A DNA stretch of 62,864 bases, from positions 1-62,864 of the forward strand of contig CAJBWJ010000025.1 of NCBI GenBank assembly GCA_903959355.1. The letters are read 5' to 3'. The stretch's first letter is position 1; every line of letters begins with the position of its first letter. A program made the translations under genes and the position numbers. The notes beneath the pieces are model-generated. The model searched no databases, had not been told where the DNA came from, and worked only from the letters and a program-made list of their open reading frames with translations. This DNA is from an uncultured bacterium (GTDB lineage: Bacteria > Patescibacteriota > Microgenomatia > UBA1400 > PJMF01). Positions 39,308 to 48,669 of the stretch are shown here, one piece after another.

Positions 39308-41125
39308 TTAATCGTGGCTTTTTGGGTCAAAAGAAGTAGCTAAAAAGTAGCTCCAAACCCCCGCCAAAACAAAGAATAAACCGCCCAAAAGTAGTGCAAC
39401 TGTCGTGCCCACTGAACCAGAATTGTATTGACCGCTATTAGTGGCCACAATTGCTGATCTCGTACTAACAACGGCTGCAGAAGGAGATGCTGTTGGAGTT
39501 GCAGAAATAGTTGGAGCAAAAGGATTGCCAGAACCATAAGGAATACTTGGCACTGGAGTTGGTGATTTAGTGACCGTTGGGCTTGGAGTCTTAGAAGGAG
39601 TCTTTAGATCTGCAGCAGCAGCAATCTGTCTAGGCGCTTTCGGATCAACCGTAAAATTATAAGTTTTCGTAACTTCTTTACCAGATACAGGGTCAATGTA
39701 TGTATAACTAGCAGTGTGTTCACCAGGTTCAAGATTTTTACCAAGACTGGCCACATCTAGCACCATGTTACCATTCGCATCTGTTTGCACTGTTTCATCG
39801 ATCGCAGTGTCAGAATGAATAACCACTCTAATCATAGTATTAGCTGGCAAAGTGGCCTTAATTTGAGGTTGTGAAGTTTGAATTGTAGTAGCCGAAGCTT
39901 CTTTAGTTTCATCGAGTGCACTTAAATTTAAAATTTCTGGAGGAGCGGTGGTTGGAGCAACTGTTGGTATAGCTGCCACAGCAGTCGAAGTAGAATCATT
40001 GACAGTTGAATCTTTCAAAGAATCAGTAGAAGCGCTCGCTTCTGCAGTTAGATTGCCACCTTCACTAGCATCGCTGCTTTCAGTAGACTCCATCAAATCA
40101 GCAGACGAAGATGTTGTCATGTCTGCTAATAATTCAGCTTTATCAACTGCTGGCAAATCATCAACTGAGGCTGAAGCACTAGCAGCCGAATCATATTTAT
40201 CCAAGATTAAATTAATCACTGGCTGAGCAGTTGCGACAGTTGTTTGCAAATTGTTAGTTAGATCGAGTTCAATTCCTTGAGCTTTAATGTCAAGCATGCT
40301 TCCGTCAGTCATCGTCGCATAATTACTTTTTTCCGTATTAAAGGCGTTAGCCAAAGAAATTCCCCAACTACCAGATGATTTGACCAAACTGGAAAGAGCT
40401 CCAATTCCATCACTGTTAACATAAACTATTGCTCCTTCTGCTGGAGTCCCATCATTTTTGAGAATAGTTCCATAAATAGTTTGATTGTTGCTAGGAGATT
40501 GACTTGGTTTCGCAGCAGTTGTCAAATTATATGGCTGTCCTTCATTGTCAAAAGAACTGGAGCCAGTGCCCAAAACATAAAAGTAATTTTTTCCAGGATC
40601 AAGATTTCTGACAGTAACGTAATGCAAACGATAATCTTTTACCACTCCAGAGAGCTGGTCACGATCGTCACTCGCTTGTTTATCTAATGTTTTGTCATCT
40701 GTGCCATATTTGACAAAAGCAATGGTGCTCTCATCAGTGTAAAAAGAGATGGTAAAAGTTTTGTCAGTGACATTGCTAATACGAATATTTTTTGGAGTAG
40801 TTTCTGGAGTAGCGCGAGGAGCAAAAACGCCAGTACCTTGACCAAAAAGCAATACTCCTGAGATTAAAGCTACAAATAGAATCAACAAACCAAGTATTGT
40901 AGGAATCTGCTTTTTTGAGCCACGCTTATTCTTACCAAACTTCATTTTGATGTTTTTTTCACTAAAATTAGCTGATTCAGCAATTGGCTTTGTAGCTTCT
41001 TTTGTAAGTGGGGGTGGTGAAACTTGAGTTTGAGCAACCACTGGAACATTATTTAAAGCAGATGGCATCGGCACATTGCTTGAAGGAGTTGGCTTGCTAG
41101 TTTGTATGTTTGATTGCACCTGCAT
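39308..41125 (-). CDS. surface protein anchored by N- and C-terminal TM helices (FN3/PAP-N-like, CarboxypepD_reg-like and Ig-like modules, tentative)
   Basis: 605 aa. TM1 is IPTILGLLILFVALISGVLLF. FN3-like NIRISNVTDKTFTISFYTDE..YGTD..RLHYVTVRNLDPGKNYFY. IYGTILKNDGTPAEGAIVYV. An acidic Ser/Thr-rich linker, a Big-like module and a Pro-rich stalk. The C-terminal TM is TTVALLLGGLFFVLAGVWSYFL. Confidence 0.65.
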   Translation of the reverse strand: MQVQSNIQTSKPTPSSNVPMPSALNNVPVVAQTQVSPPPLTKEATKPIAESANFSEKNIKMKFGKNKRGSKKQIPTILGLLILFVALISGVLLFGQGTGVFAPRATPETTPKNIRISNVTDKTFTISFYTDESTIAFVKYGTDDKTLDKQASDDRDQLSGVVKDYRLHYVTVRNLDPGKNYFYVLGTGSSSFDNEGQPYNLTTAAKPSQSPSNNQTIYGTILKNDGTPAEGAIVYVNSDGIGALSSLVKSSGSWGISLANAFNTEKSNYATMTDGSMLDIKAQGIELDLTNNLQTTVATAQPVINLILDKYDSAASASASVDDLPAVDKAELLADMTTSSSADLMESTESSDASEGGNLTAEASASTDSLKDSTVNDSTSTAVAAIPTVAPTTAPPEILNLSALDETKEASATTIQTSQPQIKATLPANTMIRVVIHSDTAIDETVQTDANGNMVLDVASLGKNLEPGEHTASYTYIDPVSGKEVTKTYNFTVDPKAPRQIAAAADLKTPSKTPSPTVTKSPTPVPSIPYGSGNPFAPTISATPTASPSAAVVSTRSAIVATNSGQYNSGSVGTTVALLLGGLFFVLAGVWSYFLATSFDPKSHD

Positions 41126-41197
41126 AAAACGAATCGAGACAAAAATGTCCTTACATTAAATTTACATGATTCAGAGCCAAGCAACAAGTATTAGACT

Positions 41198-41701
41198 TCA
41201 ATTTTGTGGTCCAACAATTGACTCAAGTGGAATCGGTATAAAATCCACATTTTTATTTGCTGATCCCGTTGCCTGAGGAGATTGATTTGTTTGATCTGTT
41301 TGAGTTGGCTGAGAAGATGAAGGAGAAACAAGTGGTGATATTTGCTCTAATTGCCCAGACTCTGTACCAACCAAGTCTTCAAGCGGAGCAATAATATCTA
41401 TCAACACTGGATTGATGTCAGTATTTTTTTTATCAAGAATATAAATAGGAAAATAGCTCAACTCATCAGCTGAATAAATCCTTTTGCCAATAATTCCTTC
41501 GAAAGCAGCTGATTCTAACCTCGGCACAAATGATTTGGCCAAATCCCTCAATTCTGGAGAGACTGAACTTGTTTTAGATGTAGCAAAAATACTAGTCAAA
41601 ATCCATAAAACAACCATCACAAATACCATAATGCCAATCCACAAAAGTTTTTTATTGCGGCGCAGCTTAGCTAGTTGTTTTTGAATGTCACTATTGTTCA
41701 T
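41198..41701 (-). CDS. hypothetical TM-anchored protein (in the position of a PilP-like component)
   Basis: 167 aa. N-terminal TM (LLWIGIMVFVMVVLWILTSIF), a small domain, and a Ser/Pro/Gln-rich tail. The start overlaps the pilO-like stop by 4 nt. Confidence 0.55.
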   Translation of the reverse strand: MNNSDIQKQLAKLRRNKKLLWIGIMVFVMVVLWILTSIFATSKTSSVSPELRDLAKSFVPRLESAAFEGIIGKRIYSADELSYFPIYILDKKNTDINPVLIDIIAPLEDLVGTESGQLEQISPLVSPSSSQPTQTDQTNQSPQATGSANKNVDFIPIPLESIVGPQN

Positions 41702-42318
41702 TTGGCATCTTCGTTTAAATAATAAGGTAAATTAACTCTAATAACGGCTGTTAAATTTTTTTGATAGCGATTGCTGCCTAAACTAAAATTAATTTGATCG
41801 ACAATCATCATTCTCCTAGAAAGCATTAACTCATCGATAAATTTACGAATTTTCATATAATCACCAGCCAAATCAACATTAAAAGTTAACAATTGTCTGG
41901 TAGCTTTATCTGAAGTAGCAATTGACAATTCATTTGGCATTGAAGAAATAGTAATTCCTTGAATAACCAAGTCATTTTCACTAGCAATTTTTTCTACTAT
42001 TTTCAGGCTTTCTACTAATTGAGCTTTTTTTGGAATAGCTTCATCAAGTAAATAAAATTGTGAACTAAATTTTTGATACTGACTTTGAGCTGTGTTTAAA
42101 CTAGCTATTTTTTGAGCAAGTTGTTCATCTAGAGTTCTTTTGTCTTCAATTTCTTTGATTAATTCGGACATTGTTTGCAAAGTTGGCTTGATAGCAAAAA
42201 TAGCAAAAAAGATCACTGCAAGAATTGAAAACACCAGCTCCAAAGAAACTCTAGCCACCGGATTCTTGTAGAAATCAAAAAGAGCGTTTTGAATTTGTTC
42301 TTGTCTACTTTTTGGCAT
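41698..42318 (-). CDS. PilO-like type IV pilus assembly protein
   Basis: 206 aa. N-terminal TM, a coiled coil (KRTLDEQLAQKIASLNTAQSQYQKF), then a ferredoxin-like C-terminal half (TFNVDLAGDYMKIRKFIDEL..MIVDQINF). This is the PilO architecture. Confidence 0.55.
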   Translation of the reverse strand: MPKSRQEQIQNALFDFYKNPVARVSLELVFSILAVIFFAIFAIKPTLQTMSELIKEIEDKRTLDEQLAQKIASLNTAQSQYQKFSSQFYLLDEAIPKKAQLVESLKIVEKIASENDLVIQGITISSMPNELSIATSDKATRQLLTFNVDLAGDYMKIRKFIDELMLSRRMMIVDQINFSLGSNRYQKNLTAVIRVNLPYYLNEDAK

Positions 42319-42877
42319 TTAAGTTAATCTTTGATCTAATATCAAAATTAAATCCAGAAGTTTTCTCTCCTCTTGATTCAATTTTATTAACACTGACTTC
42401 AGTAAAATAAGGACTAAGTTGCAAGTTATTAACTAAGACATTTAAAGCAGTTTGCGAAAGAGCTGATCCAGTAAAATTGATTGCATCAGGTCTAACCAGA
42501 AGCGTCTCAAACACAACATTATTTGGAATATTGTCATTTAAGATTGGAAAAATATCTACTAAATTAGAATCTTGTTTAAATTGCTGATAATCATCTATTT
42601 GTTTTTGTATAAAACGAAATTTTTTTTCCAAATCGCCATAAGAAGCAATTACTCTTTCCTTTTGATTGAGGGCTGAATTGAGATCTGTGACCATACGATC
42701 AAGAGTAAAACGCGAAGCGAAACTCAAAATAACAATCATTTCAGTAAAAATAACAATGTAGCGACCAACAGAAAGAGCCCATTTTAAAAAACGACCAAGA
42801 ATAGTCTCAAAAAAAGGATCTTGAGGAACTAGATTGATAGTAATGTCCAATTTCTTATTGGCAGGCCTTTTTGACAT
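42305..42877 (-). CDS. PilN-like type IV pilus assembly protein
   Basis: 190 aa. N-terminal ITINLVPQDPF resembles the PilM-binding INLLP motif. It is followed by a TM helix, a coiled coil and an alpha/beta domain. Confidence 0.6.
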   Translation of the reverse strand: MSKRPANKKLDITINLVPQDPFFETILGRFLKWALSVGRYIVIFTEMIVILSFASRFTLDRMVTDLNSALNQKERVIASYGDLEKKFRFIQKQIDDYQQFKQDSNLVDIFPILNDNIPNNVVFETLLVRPDAINFTGSALSQTALNVLVNNLQLSPYFTEVSVNKIESRGEKTSGFNFDIRSKINLNAKK

Positions 42878-42908
42878 CTATGTACATGATAGAGGTTTAA
42901 GTAAATTT

Positions 42909-44615
42909 TTACAATTCATTATTCTCAATAGAATTGTCCAAAAGCACTTCTTCGGAGTCTTCAATGGCTTCTTTCCATTTTCCAAATTTACCCAAAATAT
43001 TGCGGAAATATGTTAACTCTTTAACATCGAAAAGTACGGAAAAATACACATAGACTAGAGTTGCAACACTGGCTGTAGAAACAGTTAAGGCGATCAAATC
43101 AATAGTTTTTGAAGTATCAAAAACTACTTCGTCGAGAATTTTGAAAGGCAAATAAAGGAAAACTGCCATAAAAAAACTAGAGGCTAAAATCTTCATTTGT
43201 GGTATCCAAAACTCTTTATTATTGAAACAAGTTATTTTTTTGTTTAGTAAAAATAAAGATAGAATTAATTCCAAGAAAGCAGCCAATGAAATCGCCATTC
43301 CCAAGCCCAAAACATCAAGTGAAAAAACGTAAACTGAGAGATAGGAAATGATCAAATAAACAGCAGCCGTAATTAAAGTAATAATGAATGGTGTCTTTGT
43401 ATCTTTAAGAGCATGAAAAGCTCTAATTAAAAGCTGGACCATTGCCTGGGCAGTGATCGAAATAGCAATAATTGCTACTACCTTGCCAGTTAATACTGTT
43501 GTTTTCCACGGAAAGTTATAGGTACCAAAAACTAAACGAACAATTGGAACGCGCAAAATCAATAATAAAACTGAAGCTGGCATAGCAAAAAAAGCAATTT
43601 GATTGAGAGACTGAAGTAATAAGCGATTGAATTTATCACGATCCTCCACTGCTGATTCCTCAGATAGAAAAGATAAAGATGCCTGAGAAATTGGCACACC
43701 AAAAAAACGAATTGGCAAAGTCATTAAACGACTTGCTAATTTAACCACCACAAAACTAAGATCACCAATAGTAGTGGCGAAGAAGCCCATCGCTAAGTTT
43801 TGAAACTCAGTAATACCAACCGTTAACAAGCGAGGCGGCATTAAAGAAAAAAGTTTTTTAACTGAAGGAAAATTAAGATTAAAATCTAACTTAAATCTAA
43901 AACCCATTTTCCAAACCAAGGGCAGCTGAACGGCAGTGTGCAAAAAAGCACCAATTAAAACACCCAGCCCAGCAGCATAAATTCCAAAATACTTAGCCAA
44001 AAACACAGTGCCGAGCATAATCCCTAAGTTATAAAAAATTGGAGCAAGAGCTGGAGCCACAAAACGCTGATATGACTGCAAAATTCCAGTTAAAAAGTTT
44101 GAAATAGCAAAGAAAAACTGGGCAAAAAGCATCAAACGAGTTAGCTTGACAGCGATGATGAGTTGGTCTGGAGTAAATTCCTTTCCGGTGCGGAAGCCAG
44201 TAATTTGTTCTGCATAGATAAAAGCCAAAAGAGAAAAAATGAGAAAAATCAAAAGAACCCAATTCATAACAATTGAAGTAAATTGGAAAGCTTGCTTTTC
44301 ATCTTTTTTCTTAAGTTCTGCAAAAAGAGGAATAAAAGAAGCTGCTAAAGCCCCCATCACAATCAATTGAAAGATCATGTCTGGAAGCTGGAAAGCTACC
44401 TGAAAAGCCTCATAAGCTTGTTGAGATGCATTGGTGTTAAAAAATTGATTAATTAGAACTCTTTCACGCCATAAACCAAAAATTGAAGAAAAAACATTAG
44501 CCAAAGTAATAACTACAGCAGCAGAAAGAATAGAATTTTGCTTCTTTTCTAGCCAACGCCCGTTACTGTTGAATATTTTGGCAAGTGAGATCACGATTAA
44601 GAAATTATAATTCAA
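42909..44615 (-). CDS. murJ: lipid II flippase MurJ (MviN family)
   Basis: 568 aa polytopic (about 14 TM) protein with a MurJ-like N-terminus (ILSAAVVITLANVFSSIFGLWRERVL). The listed start is a TTG, so the exact start is uncertain. Confidence 0.8.
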   Translation of the reverse strand: MNYNFLIVISLAKIFNSNGRWLEKKQNSILSAAVVITLANVFSSIFGLWRERVLINQFFNTNASQQAYEAFQVAFQLPDMIFQLIVMGALAASFIPLFAELKKKDEKQAFQFTSIVMNWVLLIFLIFSLLAFIYAEQITGFRTGKEFTPDQLIIAVKLTRLMLFAQFFFAISNFLTGILQSYQRFVAPALAPIFYNLGIMLGTVFLAKYFGIYAAGLGVLIGAFLHTAVQLPLVWKMGFRFKLDFNLNFPSVKKLFSLMPPRLLTVGITEFQNLAMGFFATTIGDLSFVVVKLASRLMTLPIRFFGVPISQASLSFLSEESAVEDRDKFNRLLLQSLNQIAFFAMPASVLLLILRVPIVRLVFGTYNFPWKTTVLTGKVVAIIAISITAQAMVQLLIRAFHALKDTKTPFIITLITAAVYLIISYLSVYVFSLDVLGLGMAISLAAFLELILSLFLLNKKITCFNNKEFWIPQMKILASSFFMAVFLYLPFKILDEVVFDTSKTIDLIALTVSTASVATLVYVYFSVLFDVKELTYFRNILGKFGKWKEAIEDSEEVLLDNSIENNEL

Positions 44616-44667
44616 AAGCCTTTAAAAGCGAAGGGACTAGTAAGGAAGTCAAAGGCTTATCTTTAAC

Positions 44668-44696
44668 TTGCTTAAACCAATTTACTCTAGTATAAT
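44668..44696 (+). promoter_or_regulatory. sigma70-type promoter of rpsT
   Basis: TTGCTT (44668-44673), a 17-nt spacer, then TATAAT (44691-44696). The ATG is at 44705, implying a leader of only about 0-3 nt. Confidence 0.5.
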
Positions 44697-44704
44697 TGTC
44701 GCTT

Positions 44705-44938
44705 ATGCCGATACTCAAAAACGCAATCAAAGCTCTTAAAGTTAGTAAGAAAAAAGCCATCACTAATGGTCAGATTAAAGCAAAAATGAAATCTGCCGTT
44801 GATGAGATGAAAAAAAGCCCTGCAGCTGATAAGCTAAGTGCTGCTTTTTCCGCAGTTGATCGCGGTGTCAAAAAGAATATTTTACAAAAAAATAAGGCTG
44901 CCCGTATCAAAGCCTCATTGAGTAAATTACTCAAATAA
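44705..44938 (+). CDS. rpsT: 30S ribosomal protein S20
   Basis: MPILKNAIKALKVSKKKAITNGQIKAKMKSA.. is a typical S20. The track start (44696, TTG) lies inside the -10 box, so ATG 44705 is preferred. Confidence 0.9.
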   Translation: MPILKNAIKALKVSKKKAITNGQIKAKMKSAVDEMKKSPAADKLSAAFSAVDRGVKKNILQKNKAARIKASLSKLLK

Positions 44939-44963
44939 TAATTTGGTCACAAGACCTTTATCC

Positions 44964-46784
44964 ATGATAAACAGTGATCTTTCTTTGATTAGAAATTTTT
45001 CTATCATCGCTCACATAGATCACGGCAAAACAACTTTGACCGATGCTTTTTTGCGTCTTACTGGAGCTGTAACCGCTTTGGATTTTCATGAACGAATGAT
45101 GGACAGTAACCCCATAGAACAAGAAAAAGGCGTTACCATTAAACTCGCTCCTGTGCGCATGAATTACACGCATTTGGGTCAAGAATATATTCTTAATTTA
45201 ATTGATACACCAGGACATGTTGACTTTGGATACGAAGTCGATCGGTCGTTAGCTGCTTGTGAGGGTGCTCTCTTACTTATTGATGCCACTCAAGGAGTGC
45301 AAGCTCAGACTCTCGCCAATTATCAAAAAGCCAAAAATCTTAATCTCAAAATTATTCCTGTCATTAATAAAATTGATTTACCATCAGCCAATGTCGAACA
45401 AAGTATTCTCGAAATTATGGAATTTTTTGATTTAGATGAAGAAGAAGTCTTGATGGTTTCAGCTAAAACTGGTGAAGGTGTCGAAAAAGTTTTGCAAAGA
45501 ATCATTGAAGAAGTTCCAGCACCTGGTAAAAAACTAATTCAAGAAGATCATGATCAAGAAAGCAACAAATTAAGAGCCTTAATTATTACTTCTAAATTTG
45601 ATAATCATCAGGGAGCTATCGCTTACATGCGCGTAGTAAATGGTGAAATTCGTAAAAAAGATTTGTATTTAAGTTTTAGTAAAACTAAATTTTTGCCAGT
45701 CGAAATTGGTATTTTTGCTCCAGAAAAAGAAAAAAGAGATGTTCTCAAGGAAGGCGAAGTCGGCTATATCGCTACCGGTCTCAAAGATATTTCTCTACTT
45801 AAAGTTGGAGATACCATCACTAGTTTTGAAGATAAAGAATTAATCGATGTTCTCCCTGGTTATAAAGAGCCAACTCCAATGGTCTTTATGGAAATTTATC
45901 CAGTTGATAGTAAAGATTTTACCAATCTCAAAGATGCGATGGCCAAATTAACCATGCATGACAGTGCTCTACAATATCAAGGTACTCATTCGATTGCTCT
46001 GGGAAATGGCTTGCGCGTTGGTTTTCTTGGAATCTTCCATGCTGAAATTGTTCGTGAAAGATTGATGAGAGAATTTGATCTAAATTTAATCGCCACTGCT
46101 CCTTCGGTAACTTACCACATTCTGACTACCAATGAAAAAACTATTGAAATTCATTCTCCAGCAGAAATGCCAGATCTGAGTCGTGTCAAAAAAATTCTTG
46201 AGCCAATTGCCAAACTAAGTATTTTTTGTCCAGAAGGCTATGTTTCTAATGTAATGAAACTTTGCCACGACAAGAGAGCTGTCTTGGTTGGCAGTGTTGG
46301 TACCGGCAATCGCATTCGCTTAGAATATTTGATTCCTTTGGCTGAGCTCATTACCGACTTTCACGACAAGCTCAAGTCAGTTACTTCTGGTTTTGCTTCT
46401 ATGGAATATTTACTTTTAGATTTTAGAGAAGTCGATGCTGTCAAAGTAGAAATTTTAGTCAACGGAGAATCTGTGGAAGCACTTAGCTTCATTACTGTTG
46501 CAGATAATGTTGAACTAAAAGCCCGACTAATTGTCAAAAAATTAAAAGAAGTTATTCCTCGCCAATTATTTGAGATACCAATTCAAGCTAGTATTGGTGC
46601 CAAAGTTATCGCTAGAGAAACCATTAAAGCCTGGCGTAAAGACGTTACTGCTAAGCTATATGGTGGAGATCAAACCAGAAAAATGAAGCTGCTTAAAAAG
46701 CAAGCTGAAGGTAAGAAAAAAATGAAATCTATTGGTAGGGTTCAACTCAATCAAGATGCTTTCTTGGCAGTTCTCGAAACTTAA
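44964..46784 (+). CDS. lepA: translation elongation factor 4 (LepA)
   Basis: IRNFSIIAHIDHGKTTL, DTPGHVDF and NKIDL G-motifs, plus the LepA C-terminal domain. ATG 44964 is preferred over the upstream TTG at 44943. Confidence 0.95.
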   Translation: MINSDLSLIRNFSIIAHIDHGKTTLTDAFLRLTGAVTALDFHERMMDSNPIEQEKGVTIKLAPVRMNYTHLGQEYILNLIDTPGHVDFGYEVDRSLAACEGALLLIDATQGVQAQTLANYQKAKNLNLKIIPVINKIDLPSANVEQSILEIMEFFDLDEEEVLMVSAKTGEGVEKVLQRIIEEVPAPGKKLIQEDHDQESNKLRALIITSKFDNHQGAIAYMRVVNGEIRKKDLYLSFSKTKFLPVEIGIFAPEKEKRDVLKEGEVGYIATGLKDISLLKVGDTITSFEDKELIDVLPGYKEPTPMVFMEIYPVDSKDFTNLKDAMAKLTMHDSALQYQGTHSIALGNGLRVGFLGIFHAEIVRERLMREFDLNLIATAPSVTYHILTTNEKTIEIHSPAEMPDLSRVKKILEPIAKLSIFCPEGYVSNVMKLCHDKRAVLVGSVGTGNRIRLEYLIPLAELITDFHDKLKSVTSGFASMEYLLLDFREVDAVKVEILVNGESVEALSFITVADNVELKARLIVKKLKEVIPRQLFEIPIQASIGAKVIARETIKAWRKDVTAKLYGGDQTRKMKLLKKQAEGKKKMKSIGRVQLNQDAFLAVLET

Positions 46785-46824
46785 ATCTCTTTTCTGTTTA
46801 AAAAACCTCTTTTAAAACAAAAAA

Positions 46825-46849
46825 TCCCCCGACCGTTAGATCTGGGGGA
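46825..46849. terminator. bidirectional intrinsic terminator between convergent lepA and the SurA-like gene
   Basis: TCCCCC (46825-46830) pairs with GGGGGA (46844-46849). A/T runs on both sides. Confidence 0.6.
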
Positions 46850-46867
46850 CTTTCTATTTATTTTAAT

Positions 46868-47581
46868 TTAAAGTTGAGTACTTGGAGCAAATTTAAAGTA
46901 ATTTACTTTAGCAGTTTTTTTAATCTCAGCAAACCATTTTTGTTGTTCTGAAACTAATTTCTGTTGCTTAAGTTGAGCTTTAATACTTTCAGAGACATCT
47001 TCTAATTTAGAATCAGCTCCAATTGATACTTTATTTGCTTCAAAATAAGCTTTGACTTCATCATCACTCACTGTGATCTTATCAGCCAAAAGCTTCTCTA
47101 AGCCTTTGCTAAGAGATAGCTGATCTCTAACTTCATTTCTGGTTAGACCTTGAGCTTTAAGCAAATCATCTAGGTTTTGACCTTGAGCTGTCAGCTGTTC
47201 TTCGATTTTAGTGATTTCTGCATCCATTTCTTCTTTTGAAACCACGACTCCAGCTTTCTTGAGTTCTTGTTCAACTAACATCTTGAGAGTCATATTTTCC
47301 AAAGCAGTCGAACCGCCTTGTTTTTCGAGATTTTGGATCAGAGCCCAACGAGTGACAGGACGACCGTTTACACTGGCAACTATGACCTCATCCTTGAACA
47401 AATAAACTAAAGCCAAGATCAATAGAAAGATCAGTGGTTTAATTAGCTTCTTTGGCTCAATTTTCTTTATCACAGAGGGAGCTACTTTTACTGGAGAAAC
47501 TTTAGTAATCACTGGTTTTGCTACAGAACTTTTAGCAACAACTTTTTTAATGTTTTTTTTGTCTGTTTTTTTGACTGACAT
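46868..47581 (-). CDS. SurA/PrsA N-terminal-domain chaperone-like protein (no PPIase domain), TM-anchored
   Basis: 237 aa. TM is LIFLLILALVYLF, then VASVNGRPVTRWALIQNLEKQ... and LLADKITVSDDEVKAYFEANK, typical of SurA_N-type domains. Confidence 0.55.
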   Translation of the reverse strand: MSVKKTDKKNIKKVVAKSSVAKPVITKVSPVKVAPSVIKKIEPKKLIKPLIFLLILALVYLFKDEVIVASVNGRPVTRWALIQNLEKQGGSTALENMTLKMLVEQELKKAGVVVSKEEMDAEITKIEEQLTAQGQNLDDLLKAQGLTRNEVRDQLSLSKGLEKLLADKITVSDDEVKAYFEANKVSIGADSKLEDVSESIKAQLKQQKLVSEQQKWFAEIKKTAKVNYFKFAPSTQL

Positions 47582-47689
47582 TTTTCCTCTCTAATTCAAT
47601 TATTGATTTCAACCTGGTCATAACATAACAAATTTTAGAAGAAAATCAAAGTAGGAAACAATAGCTTGGTGTTATAATTAGAATGAAAT

Positions 47690-48328
47690 ATGCCTAATCA
47701 AGCCAAACACCACTCAAAAAGAAAAGTTGATGACTATTCTGATGTGATGAAACACGAGCATACAACTGGCAACTTTTTTAAAGCTTTTATTCCCAAGCCT
47801 CAAAATATTGTTTTAGATATTCAAGACAAAGATGAACAAATTATTCTCGTATTGAGACAACATCTAATCACTCAGGTCAGAGAATTATTTATTATTCTTG
47901 GAGTGATCGTTCTGATCCCTGCTCTTTTAAGTTTCTCTGGTTTTTTGGGGGTACTACCTCTTAAATTTATTGGAGCATTCAATATTTTTTGGCTAGTACT
48001 TGCCTTTGGCATGATTGCCAAAACATTCTTGATTTGGTTTTTCAATGTTTACATTATCACTGATGAAAGAGTAATTGATGTTGACTTCACTTCAATGATT
48101 TCTCACGATGTCAGTAGTGCTAAAATTGAAAATATTGAAGACGTTACAGCTAGCACGGCTGGACCACTCGCAGCTGTTTTTGACTATGGAACGATTTTAA
48201 TTCAAACAGCTGGAGAAAAAACTGTGTTTGAATTTGGCAATGTGCCTCAACCATCAAAGGTTACAAAATTACTTAACGAATTGATATTAGAAGAAGAAAG
48301 AGAAAATTTAGCAGGTAGAGCTAATTAA
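47690..48328 (+). CDS. membrane protein with bacterial PH (bPH/YdbT-like) domain
   Basis: 212 aa. Two TM helices, then IITDERVIDVDF...ILIQTAGEKTVFEFGNVPQP. Extended -10 (TGTTATAAT, 47670-47678) lies 11 nt before the ATG. Confidence 0.55.
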   Translation: MPNQAKHHSKRKVDDYSDVMKHEHTTGNFFKAFIPKPQNIVLDIQDKDEQIILVLRQHLITQVRELFIILGVIVLIPALLSFSGFLGVLPLKFIGAFNIFWLVLAFGMIAKTFLIWFFNVYIITDERVIDVDFTSMISHDVSSAKIENIEDVTASTAGPLAAVFDYGTILIQTAGEKTVFEFGNVPQPSKVTKLLNELILEEERENLAGRAN

Positions 48329-48342
48329 GGAAAATTAGACTT

Positions 48343-48564
48343 ATGACTGATATTTTTAGCCTAGACTGGACACAAATTATTCTCAAACTTATTTTTGTGG
48401 TAGCTGCTCTTTTCTATTTAGTTTACAGTTTTATTATGTTACGCCAAGTACAGTTGATGAAAAAAACACTCATCACCAGCTTCTCCTCTAGCGTAAATTT
48501 ACTTGGTTTTGCCAACTTTTTACTTGCTCTAGCAATGTTTATTGGCTTCATCATGTTTTTGTAA
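48343..48564 (+). CDS. small two-TM membrane protein
   Basis: 73 aa with two hydrophobic helices. Follows the previous gene after 14 nt. Confidence 0.5.
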   Translation: MTDIFSLDWTQIILKLIFVVAALFYLVYSFIMLRQVQLMKKTLITSFSSSVNLLGFANFLLALAMFIGFIMFL

Positions 48565-48606
48565 ACTAGCCGCCTTTTCTTAATTACTAAAAATCCACCA
48601 AAAAAT

Positions 48607-48635
48607 ACCGGCTCGAACCGGTTTCTTTTTGTTTT
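48607..48635 (+). terminator. weak intrinsic terminator
   Basis: ACCGG-ctcgaa-CCGGT hairpin followed by TTCTTTTTGTTTT. Confidence 0.4.
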
Positions 48636-48669
48636 AAAAAGGGTAATTTGGCGTAAAAAAACGCTTAAT

